From contig CANQDG010000002.1 in NCBI GenBank assembly GCA_947591495.1, positions 9,779-73,778 on the forward strand: a DNA stretch of 64,000 bases, in the 5' to 3' direction. The DNA comes from an uncultured Bacilli bacterium. GTDB taxonomy: Bacteria; Bacillota_I; Bacilli_A; ML615J-28; CAG-313. Positions within the stretch are counted from its first letter, which is position 1; the number at the start of each line of letters is the position of its first letter. The position numbers and the translations under genes were made by a program. Below the pieces are notes generated by a model. That model was not told where the DNA came from. It was given only the letters and a program-made list of their open reading frames with translations, and made no database searches. This document shows, piece after piece, positions 37,918 through 46,412 of this stretch.

Positions 37918-39148
37918 TCAAAAATTGTTATTAAGCAAATTAGCAAAGCTCGCTGTAAAAGTAGGAGCAAATGTTCAAAAAGGACAAATTGTTTTAATAT
38001 CATCTCCTCTTCATGCCTTAGAGTTTGCGAAAATTATTCAAAAAGAAGCTTATCTTGCGGGGGCCAAGAAAGTATATATTGATTGGAGTGATTGGGAATT
38101 AAGTCGTAACGATTATATATATGAATCAAGCACTACTTTAGAAGAAGTTCCTGATTGGAGAGTTGCTAAAATGCAATATTTTGTTGATAATAATGCTTGC
38201 CGTATTTCGATTGATTCACGTAACCCTTATGCTATGCAAGGAGTCGATTTACAAAAAGTAGCCCTTGCTAGTCGCGCAATCGGCGCCAAATCGGCCTTTT
38301 ATCAAGAACATTATAGTTCAAGTAAATCACAATGGACAATTGTTGCGTACCCTAATGATGCTTGGTGTCAAACAGTTTTTCCAAGTTTAGAACCACAACA
38401 AGCTTGGGATCAATTATTTGATGCCATTATGAAAACCTCAAGAGTAACTTTAACTAATGATGTTGAAAAAGATTGGTTAGCTCATACCAAAAGCTTAGAA
38501 GCACGTAGTAAAATTATGAATGATTATAATTTTAAAACGTTACATTTTGAAAATAGTTTAGGAACTAATTTAGATGTTGAACTAGTTGAAAACCACCTTT
38601 GGGCAGGTGGCGGAGAACAAGGGGGAAATGGTGTGTATTTTGTTCCTAATATTCCTACCGAGGAAATTTTTACAATGCCTCATAAAGATAAAGTAAATGG
38701 TAAAGTTGTCAGCACTAAACCATTAAATTATCAAGGTAGCCTTATTAAAGATTTTTACTTAGTTTTTAAAGATGGCAAAGTAGTTGAATATAACGCAAAA
38801 GAAGGATATGATGCTTTAAAAAGTTTAATAGAATTAGATGAAGGATCTTCAAGTTTAGGTGAAGTTGCCTTAATATCTGATGATTCACCAATATCTAATT
38901 TAAATATTTTATTTAATGATACGCTTTTTGATGAAAATGCTTCTTGCCATCTAGCATTAGGTAACGCATACTCGATGAATGTCGTAGGTGGCACGTCAAT
39001 GAGTAAAGAAGAATTAGCTAAGGTTGGGGCTAATAGTTCCATAACACATGTTGATTTTATGTTTGGTAGTGCCGATATGGAAATTATTGGCATTACCCAT
39101 CAAGGTGAAAAGATTACAATTTTTAAGAAAGGAAATTTTGTTTTTTAA
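37910..39148 (+). CDS. M29 family aminopeptidase (AmpS/PepS-like)
   Basis: MDNQKLLLSKLAKLAVKVGANVQKGQ at the N-terminus, and later EEIFTMP, CHLALGNAY and THVDFM, are typical of M29. ATG 37910 is preferred over 37874 because AAGGAG lies 8 nt upstream. Confidence 0.85.
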   Translation: MDNQKLLLSKLAKLAVKVGANVQKGQIVLISSPLHALEFAKIIQKEAYLAGAKKVYIDWSDWELSRNDYIYESSTTLEEVPDWRVAKMQYFVDNNACRISIDSRNPYAMQGVDLQKVALASRAIGAKSAFYQEHYSSSKSQWTIVAYPNDAWCQTVFPSLEPQQAWDQLFDAIMKTSRVTLTNDVEKDWLAHTKSLEARSKIMNDYNFKTLHFENSLGTNLDVELVENHLWAGGGEQGGNGVYFVPNIPTEEIFTMPHKDKVNGKVVSTKPLNYQGSLIKDFYLVFKDGKVVEYNAKEGYDALKSLIELDEGSSSLGEVALISDDSPISNLNILFNDTLFDENASCHLALGNAYSMNVVGGTSMSKEELAKVGANSSITHVDFMFGSADMEIIGITHQGEKITIFKKGNFVF

Positions 39149-40413
39149 TGAAAGATTTAATGCAGTTTTTAGATAATTCTTATACTTGTTTTCATGCTGT
39201 TAAAAACATTGAAGAATTATTACAAAAAGAAGGATTTATTAAATTAGAAGAAGATGCTATTTGGACTTTAGAAGAAAACCAAAAATATTATGTTATCCGA
39301 AATACCTCTAGTATAATCGCTTTTAAAATTCCCTATCGCAATACGATAAAAGGCTTTAATATTGTTGCAAGCCATAGTGATTCCCCATCTTATAAATTAA
39401 AACCACATCCTACCATTACTGATGTAGCTAATAATTACACTAAATTAAATGTTGAACCATATGGCGGAATGATTGATTATACTTGGTTTGATCGCCCTTT
39501 AGGGATTGCAGGACGCGTCTTTATTGAAAATAATAAACAAATAACGGAAAAACTTCTTAAAATGGAAGAAACAGTTGTCATTCCAAGCGTTGCGATACAC
39601 CTTAATCGTGGCAGTGATTTAACTTTTAATCCTCAAATTGATTTACTCCCTGTTTTAGGTGATAGTCAAAAAGACTTTGAACAACTTCTAAGTTCATATG
39701 TTGATGCTAAAAAAGTCCTATCAACTGATCTTTTCTTATATAATAAGGAAAAGGCCACTTTGGTAGGGGCTCATAATGAATATATATTATCTAGTCGACT
39801 TGATGATTTAGAATGTGCTTATGCTTCAATCAAAAGTTTAATTTGCGCAAATAATAAAAATATTGTTGTTGCTAGTATTTTCAATAATGAAGAAGTAGGT
39901 AGTATGTCCCAAAATGGGGCTGATTCAACCTTTCTAGTTGATACTTTAACAAGAATTGCTGCCGCTCTTAAACTTGATTATAAGATGCTTTTAGCATCAT
40001 CATTTATGGTATCAGCGGATAATGCTCATGCGGTGCATCCAAATCATCTTGAAAAAAGTGATGCTACTAACCATGTATACCTTAATAAAGGCATTGTCAT
40101 TAAACATCAAGCCGGTTTAAGATATACAACCGATGCTTTAAGTGAGGCAATTTTCAAACAAGTTTGTAACCTTGCAAGTGTTGCTTATCAAGACTATACA
40201 AACCGTAGTGATCAACGTGGGGGTAGCACTTTAGGCTCGATTGCCTTAACGCATTTAAGCATACCATGTATCGATATTGGCCTTGCACAACTTGCAATGC
40301 ATTCATCATTAGAAATGGCAGGAACATTTGATATTGAAGATATGTATAAGGCTTTAACAAGCTATTATAATATACAATATGAAATAAAAAATGGTAATAT
40401 TGTTTTGCAATAA
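39148..40413 (+). CDS. M18 family (aspartyl) aminopeptidase
   Basis: 421 aa. ASHSDSPSYKLKP, SSRLDDLECA, FNNEEVGS, SADNAHAVHPN and MHS motifs appear in M18 order. The start is coupled to the upstream stop (TAATG). Confidence 0.85.
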   Translation: MKDLMQFLDNSYTCFHAVKNIEELLQKEGFIKLEEDAIWTLEENQKYYVIRNTSSIIAFKIPYRNTIKGFNIVASHSDSPSYKLKPHPTITDVANNYTKLNVEPYGGMIDYTWFDRPLGIAGRVFIENNKQITEKLLKMEETVVIPSVAIHLNRGSDLTFNPQIDLLPVLGDSQKDFEQLLSSYVDAKKVLSTDLFLYNKEKATLVGAHNEYILSSRLDDLECAYASIKSLICANNKNIVVASIFNNEEVGSMSQNGADSTFLVDTLTRIAAALKLDYKMLLASSFMVSADNAHAVHPNHLEKSDATNHVYLNKGIVIKHQAGLRYTTDALSEAIFKQVCNLASVAYQDYTNRSDQRGGSTLGSIALTHLSIPCIDIGLAQLAMHSSLEMAGTFDIEDMYKALTSYYNIQYEIKNGNIVLQ

Positions 40414-40421
40414 TTTCCTAT

Positions 40422-40464
40422 AAAAAAAACAATAAATGCATATATAGCACTTATTGTTTTTTTC
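40422..40464. terminator. bidirectional hairpin terminator
   Basis: aaaaaacaataa (40424-40435) pairs with ttattgtttttt (40451-40462) around a 15-nt loop. It sits between convergent genes. Confidence 0.6.
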
Positions 40465-40929
40465 TTAATTATTAAGGTATAACAAAATAGAAAAGATCGA
40501 AGCAACTATGCCCCAAAGAACATATGGTAGTAAAAGAAGGGATATTTTTTTTGATAACAAAAGTGATTCAATGGTTGTTAAAGTAATCGTTAAAAAGCTA
40601 AGAAGAGTAACGATATAGCCAAGAAATAAACTTTGTTTAGCAAAGAAAAAATAAGGAAATGTAAAACTAATTAGATAATTAACAACTAAAAAAATCAAAA
40701 CTCTGGCAAAATCTTTTCGATTAACTTCTTTTCGGTGATCAAATAAATAGACAACAAAAAGGCTTAATAAAATATAAATAACCGTCCATACAATAGGAAA
40801 AACAATACTAGGAAGTTTTGGACCTTTAAGACTATTATAAAATTCTAAATCAGTTTTAAAAATTAATGATGGCAGAAAATATAAAAACAATACCAAAGCA
40901 AATAAAATAATTTTTTTAATCCATTTCAT
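40465..40929 (-). CDS. TspO/MBR family membrane protein
   Basis: 154 aa with 5 TM helices. FYNSLKGPKLPSIVFPIVWTVIYILL follows the TspO pattern (Y..L.KP...P...F.VW..LY). Confidence 0.6.
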   Translation of the reverse strand: MKWIKKIILFALVLFLYFLPSLIFKTDLEFYNSLKGPKLPSIVFPIVWTVIYILLSLFVVYLFDHRKEVNRKDFARVLIFLVVNYLISFTFPYFFFAKQSLFLGYIVTLLSFLTITLTTIESLLLSKKISLLLLPYVLWGIVASIFSILLYLNN

Positions 40930-41073
40930 AAAATATGTACCTCTTTACTTTAATATATGTTAAAAAATTCTTTTTATGAAAAAATTATATAATTTTCTTA
41001 GCAAAAAAAATAATTGCAATTAAAAAAAATCTATGGTATAATACTAATAAATTAATATTTTGGAGGTGAATTA

Positions 41074-44000
41074 ATGAAAAAGGGTAAGAGTATATTAATA
41101 TTAATTTTCTTTTTCTTATTTTCGATATTGATTATTCAACCTAAAGTTGAAGGAGCTAACAATTTAGTAGCAATAAAAGTGCACGGAACCAATAGCGATT
41201 TAAAATATCGTAATTCAACCGAAACTGTTATGCGTTTAGCTGAATATAATTATCCAACAAGCCAATTAAGAGCAGTATGGGTAACTCCTTTAACAGGTGA
41301 TATAAGTTCATATAAGTCAGAAAGTGCTTTTAAACAAGAATTAAATGAAGTTTTAGATAACATGGAAAAATGGGGTATGAATACATTAGTCTTTCATGTT
41401 CGGACTCATAATAATGCGATGTATCGCTCTGAATTAAATCCACTTGCTTCTTATTTTAAAGGAGTTGATTTTGATGTTTTCGATCCACTTGCATGGCTAA
41501 TTGATGAATGCCATTCACGTGGCATTGAATTTCATGCTTGGCTTAATCCATATCGGGTTAGTACAACTGGTAATATTAATCAAAGTAAAGCCGAAGATCT
41601 TCCTGCGGTTAATCCCGCAAATGATCCAGAAAACTTATTACAAGTTAATTCAAGTATTATTTTAGACCCAGGTATTCCACTTGTTAGAGAATTCTTAGTT
41701 GATACATGTATGGAATTAATTGAAAATTATGACGTTGATGCTATCAATTTTGATGATTACTTCTATATTAGTGGAGCTGATGATGCGGCAACAAGAGCTA
41801 AATATAATACGGAAAATTTATCACTTGAAAACTTTAGACGGGCATCAGTTAATAGCTTTATTGAGGCTTTATCAAAAAGTATTAGAGCATACAATACAGC
41901 TAACAATAAGGCCGTTCAATTAGGTATTGCTCCATCTGGAATTTATCGTAATGGTGGTTATGTTGCATCACCTACATATGATGCAAACGGAAATCTTACT
42001 AGTCCAACTTATTCTGATACTAGTGGAATGGAACATTATGGAAATTACTTGTATGCAGATACATTAAACTGGATCAATAATGAATGGATTGATTATATTA
42101 TGCCTCAACTTTATTGGGCTATTGAACATACTACCGCAAGTTATGCTGCTCTTACTAGATGGTGGAGTTGGGCTGTAAAAAATAAAAAAGTAAACTTCTA
42201 TGCTGGCCTTGGTATATATATGGCAATCGATAGTGGCTCTAGTGCTCAATACTGGCAATATAATGATAACGAAATTGAACTACAACTTTTAAATGGTGGT
42301 CAATATGAAGAATTTGGTGGTGCTTGTTTTTATCGTTATGGTAGTTTAATTAGCGGTTATAATAACCACCCAGTTATTACTAATGCAATTGATTTAATTT
42401 CTAATGATTATTGGCAAAAAAGAGTGCCAGGAGCTGTTAGTAAATATTATGCCCCTCTTATTCCTGAAATTGCGCCAACAAATGTAATATATGATTCTGC
42501 AACTAATTTACTTTCCTTTGATGAAGTAAAGGATTGTAGAGGCTATATGATCTATAAAGTTCCTAAAGGTCAAATCCTTGATAAAAACAATATTGATCAT
42601 GTATATCAATATATTCAAACTAATCAAATTACAATCGATGATGTTGCCTCATACGATTATTATGTTGCATCAGTTAACAAAGCCAATGAAACAAGTGAGG
42701 CTGTTGCATTAACGGCGAAAATGACATATAAAGATGTTATTTTAGCTATTGATAATTTACCAGAAGTTATTACTTATGAAAATAAAGAACAAGTTGAACA
42801 AGTTAGAAAGTTATATGATAGTCTACCAGAAGAAGAAAAAGTTCAAGTTACTAATTACCTTAAATTAACTGAAGCTGAAGCCATCATAATTAAATATGAA
42901 GCCCTTCAAGATACTTTAACTAATTATATTAAGACCCTTGATTTACATATTAAAACATCGCGTAAAATTGATTTACCAACTAATATGAGTTTACAATATA
43001 AAGATGCATCTGATCAAGCTTTATATAATATTGAAACTGGTGAAAAATTAAAGAACTATTTAGCGGTTAAAGAAATTTGCTTGATTATTAGTATTACCGA
43101 AGATAATTTAACAGTAAGTCAAGAAATAATGGTTAATATTGGTTATACTAGCAAAACTCAACAAGCTTTATTCTATCGTAATGACCCAAGCAGTATGAGT
43201 CCTGATGATGAAGGGGCTTATGGAGCATCCCATAGTAGTTATATTGGTTGGTCAGGTCATACGCTAGTAGTAGAAGATGTTATTTTATATATTGCAAGAA
43301 CTAACTATTTTGAAATAACTGATAGTAGCAATATTGAACCATGTCATTTCTCATCGGTTGCGGGGGTATATGTAAATAAAACATCTAGCCCATTAACCCT
43401 AAAAATGACTGATGCTTTTGAAAAGAATTCATCTAATAATGATGGATATATCGTTATTGGCAAAAATGAAGTCAAAGAAGTATCCCATGGCTTTGATGCT
43501 AATAAAACGATTACTTTAGAAAAAGATGATACTTTAATTATTTTTAGATATTTAGATGGTAGTATTACTAATAATCCCCTTGTTCCAGTAACCAAAATAA
43601 AGGTTGGAACTAAAGCTTATATTGATGAAGAAGTTGAGCTAAATGATGAAGAAAAAGTTCAAGCAGTAATTGAGTTAATTAATACCATTCCTGCTGATAT
43701 TACTTTAGAAACTGAATCACTTTTAAATCAAATAAAAGAAGTCTATGATGCATTAGATGAATCATTAAAACCATTAGTAACAAATAGTCAAAAATTAACA
43801 GATGCTTTAGATAAACTTGCTAAACTTAAAACCGAATTAGCAAACAAAAAGCAAGAAGCTATTTCTGCTATTCAAAACCATCTTGATTTAGATAATTATA
43901 GTCCAGCTAGTCAACAACAAATTAATAATATTTGCGCAAGTGCTGCTATTAAAATTAATAATGCTACATCACTTGAGGAAGTTGAAAGAATTTTTAACGA

Positions 44001-45513
44001 TACGATGAATCAATTAGATCAAATTGTTTCCAAAGAAGACGAACTTATAGCATATAGGCAACAAATTATTAACCGCTTAAATGAAATGTATGATTTAGAA
44101 CTTTATAGCCCTGAAAATCAAGATATCATTAATAACTATTTACAAGAAGCCATTTTTGGTATTAATATGGCAAGATCAACCGCCGAAGTTGATGATATAT
44201 TTGAGATTGTAACTGACCAAATTGATAAAGTATTAACAATCGCCGAAGAAGAAGCTGCTTTTAATCAATTAAAAGAAAGCTATATTAAAAAAGTAGATGA
44301 CTTAGTTGCAAGTTTTACTGATGCAACTCCAGCTGAAAAAGCTGAACTTCAAGCAATGGGTGAAAGATTTAAAACCCAAATTAATAATGCTACAACTGAA
44401 AGCGATGTAAAATATGTTTGGACAAGAGCAGAAGATACAATTAAGTCTTACTTTGATAATTTAGCCAAAGCTAAAACCGAAGCATGCAATGAAATTGATA
44501 CATATATTAGTGAATTAAAATATACACCTAAAGAATTAGAAGTTATAACGGAAATGGCTACTAACAAAAAAGGTGAAATTAATAATCTTGCATCAATCGA
44601 AGAGATCAAAGCAATTCCTAATCTTTTCATTGATGAAATTAATACATATCACGCATCTTTAGAACAAGCTAAACTTTCAGCTAGTGCATCGTTGGATCCT
44701 TTAATCCAATCTTGGTATACCGATGCTCAAAAAGCACACATTCAAACAATCATTGACGATACTAAAGCAAATATCTTACTTGCTGGAAGTATTGATGAAG
44801 TAACAACTTTAAAAACAGATGCTATGACTCTTGTTAATCAATATATTACTGAGTTAGAAGAAGCTATCAATAATGCTAAAAGTTATTTTGATAGTAAAGC
44901 CGATAACACTAAAACAGAGATTACAAGATTAATTTATCAATATAAATTACTTTTAAATGATGCAGAAACAGTTAGTGATGTTGAAAAACTTATTCAAGAA
45001 TTTGATCAAGAATATAACGATATTACTACTGATTCGCTTGAACAAGTAAAAAATGATGCCAAAGAAGAACTTGACGAATATATTGAAAGTCTTTCATATT
45101 CGGCTAAAGAAAAAGCTGAAATCAAAAAACAAAAAGCCACAATTGATCAACAAATTGATCAAGCTAAGAAGCGATCAGAAATTGAAGAATTAAAAAATAA
45201 TTTTATTGATGAAGTTGAGGCTAATCACCAAGCGCTTCAAACAGCGATTGCTCAAGCCAAAGATACGTTAGAAACTTTTGAGGCCAAGAATCAAAATGCT
45301 CAAGATTACATCGAAAAAGTTGCAAAAGATTTAGATGATGCCGCAACCAAAGCAGAAGTTGACCAAATCATGGCAAGTGTAAGTGAAGAATTAGAAAAAC
45401 TAAATAATCCATCAAGTTGCATAAACTGTGCTTGTGATAATCTAACCATTATCTATCTTGCCATCTTCGCCTTTGCTTTATCAGCTGTTGTAATGTTTAG
45501 GAAAAAACACTAA
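41074..45513 (+). CDS. secreted GHL10 (DUF187/YngK/YddW-type) glycoside-hydrolase-like protein with a long helical-repeat stalk and a C-terminal TM anchor
   Basis: 1,479 aa. Signal peptide MKKGKSILILIFFFLFSILIIQPKVEGA. GHL10-type block RAVWVTPL...MNTLVFHVRTHNNAMYRS...FHAWLNPYRV. A beta-rich middle region, about 8 helical repeats, and a terminal hydrophobic helix IIYLAIFAFALSAVVMFRKKH. Confidence 0.8.
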   Translation: MKKGKSILILIFFFLFSILIIQPKVEGANNLVAIKVHGTNSDLKYRNSTETVMRLAEYNYPTSQLRAVWVTPLTGDISSYKSESAFKQELNEVLDNMEKWGMNTLVFHVRTHNNAMYRSELNPLASYFKGVDFDVFDPLAWLIDECHSRGIEFHAWLNPYRVSTTGNINQSKAEDLPAVNPANDPENLLQVNSSIILDPGIPLVREFLVDTCMELIENYDVDAINFDDYFYISGADDAATRAKYNTENLSLENFRRASVNSFIEALSKSIRAYNTANNKAVQLGIAPSGIYRNGGYVASPTYDANGNLTSPTYSDTSGMEHYGNYLYADTLNWINNEWIDYIMPQLYWAIEHTTASYAALTRWWSWAVKNKKVNFYAGLGIYMAIDSGSSAQYWQYNDNEIELQLLNGGQYEEFGGACFYRYGSLISGYNNHPVITNAIDLISNDYWQKRVPGAVSKYYAPLIPEIAPTNVIYDSATNLLSFDEVKDCRGYMIYKVPKGQILDKNNIDHVYQYIQTNQITIDDVASYDYYVASVNKANETSEAVALTAKMTYKDVILAIDNLPEVITYENKEQVEQVRKLYDSLPEEEKVQVTNYLKLTEAEAIIIKYEALQDTLTNYIKTLDLHIKTSRKIDLPTNMSLQYKDASDQALYNIETGEKLKNYLAVKEICLIISITEDNLTVSQEIMVNIGYTSKTQQALFYRNDPSSMSPDDEGAYGASHSSYIGWSGHTLVVEDVILYIARTNYFEITDSSNIEPCHFSSVAGVYVNKTSSPLTLKMTDAFEKNSSNNDGYIVIGKNEVKEVSHGFDANKTITLEKDDTLIIFRYLDGSITNNPLVPVTKIKVGTKAYIDEEVELNDEEKVQAVIELINTIPADITLETESLLNQIKEVYDALDESLKPLVTNSQKLTDALDKLAKLKTELANKKQEAISAIQNHLDLDNYSPASQQQINNICASAAIKINNATSLEEVERIFNDTMNQLDQIVSKEDELIAYRQQIINRLNEMYDLELYSPENQDIINNYLQEAIFGINMARSTAEVDDIFEIVTDQIDKVLTIAEEEAAFNQLKESYIKKVDDLVASFTDATPAEKAELQAMGERFKTQINNATTESDVKYVWTRAEDTIKSYFDNLAKAKTEACNEIDTYISELKYTPKELEVITEMATNKKGEINNLASIEEIKAIPNLFIDEINTYHASLEQAKLSASASLDPLIQSWYTDAQKAHIQTIIDDTKANILLAGSIDEVTTLKTDAMTLVNQYITELEEAINNAKSYFDSKADNTKTEITRLIYQYKLLLNDAETVSDVEKLIQEFDQEYNDITTDSLEQVKNDAKEELDEYIESLSYSAKEKAEIKKQKATIDQQIDQAKKRSEIEELKNNFIDEVEANHQALQTAIAQAKDTLETFEAKNQNAQDYIEKVAKDLDDAATKAEVDQIMASVSEELEKLNNPSSCINCACDNLTIIYLAIFAFALSAVVMFRKKH
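43847..45405 (+). repeat. about eight diverged helical coding repeats of about 65-70 aa (DUF1542-like) in the GHL10 protein
   Basis: Recurrent pattern K..A...I..........(S/T)P/A.(E/Q)....I......I(N/D).A.(S/T)..EV..I......I. An example is KQEAISAIQNHLDLDNYSPASQQQINNICASAAIKINNATSLEEVERIF, followed by comparable units. Confidence 0.6.
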
Positions 45514-45547
45514 ACAAAATTAAAAAATTGTTGATATATATACTAAA

Positions 45548-46249
45548 ATGCGATTAGATAAATTTTTAACAAAATGTTATCTTGGTTCTCGTAAAGAAGT
45601 CAAAACGCTCATTACTCAAAAAAGAATTAAAGTTAATCAAAACATCATTGTCAAAAGTGATTATGAAGTAGACGAAACCCAAGATCTCATTACCCTTGAT
45701 AATCAACCCTTAAAGTATCTTAAACATCATTACTATTTATTAAATAAACCACAAGGTTATCTATGTGCAACATTTGATCATAACCAAAAAACGATTATGG
45801 AGCTATTTAATAGTCTACCAGAATCATTAGTTAAAAACCTTTTTCCAGTTGGTCGCTTAGATAAAGATACCGAAGGACTCCTATTAGTAACCGATGATGG
45901 TGCTTTAGCCCATCAGATTACTTCTCCTAATTATCATATTGAAAAAACATATTATGTAGAATATGAGGGAAGTCTTGTTGAAAATGCCGCCCTACTTTTA
46001 GAAAAAGGCTTAAAAAGTCAAGATGAAACTTTTCGTCCTGCTAAAATAAAATATCTCGATCAACATCATTGTTATTTAATTATTAGTGAAGGTAAATACC
46101 ATCAAGTCAAAAAAATGATACATTTATTAGGTGGTGTTGTAACATATTTAAAACGGGTCCAAATTGGTAAGCTTACATTACCTGCATCTTTAAATGTTGG
46201 ATGTTTTATCGAACTTACCAAACAAGAAATAGATGATATGTTAAATTAA
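45548..46249 (+). CDS. 16S/23S rRNA pseudouridine synthase, RsuA family
   Basis: 233 aa. N-terminal S4 domain MRLDKFLTKCYLGSRKEVKTLI, catalytic GRLDKDTEGLLLVTDDG, and the GKYHQVKKM motif. Confidence 0.85.
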   Translation: MRLDKFLTKCYLGSRKEVKTLITQKRIKVNQNIIVKSDYEVDETQDLITLDNQPLKYLKHHYYLLNKPQGYLCATFDHNQKTIMELFNSLPESLVKNLFPVGRLDKDTEGLLLVTDDGALAHQITSPNYHIEKTYYVEYEGSLVENAALLLEKGLKSQDETFRPAKIKYLDQHHCYLIISEGKYHQVKKMIHLLGGVVTYLKRVQIGKLTLPASLNVGCFIELTKQEIDDMLN

Positions 46250-46251
46250 CA

Positions 46252-46291
46252 AAAAAAGATTTAAACTAAATTATAGTTTAAGTCTTTTTTT
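46252..46291 (+). terminator. rho-independent terminator
   Basis: aaaagatttaaact (46254-46267) pairs with agtttaagtctttt (46275-46288, one G:T pair), followed by a T run. Confidence 0.7.
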
Positions 46292-46412
46292 AAAAACCTT
46301 TTCATTCTTAAATCGTTGTAAAAAAGAAACATTTACGACAAATTTATGGTATTATATAATTAGTAGTAAAATAGCAAAATGTAAAATTTTTTGTCATATG
46401 AGGAGGTAAAAG

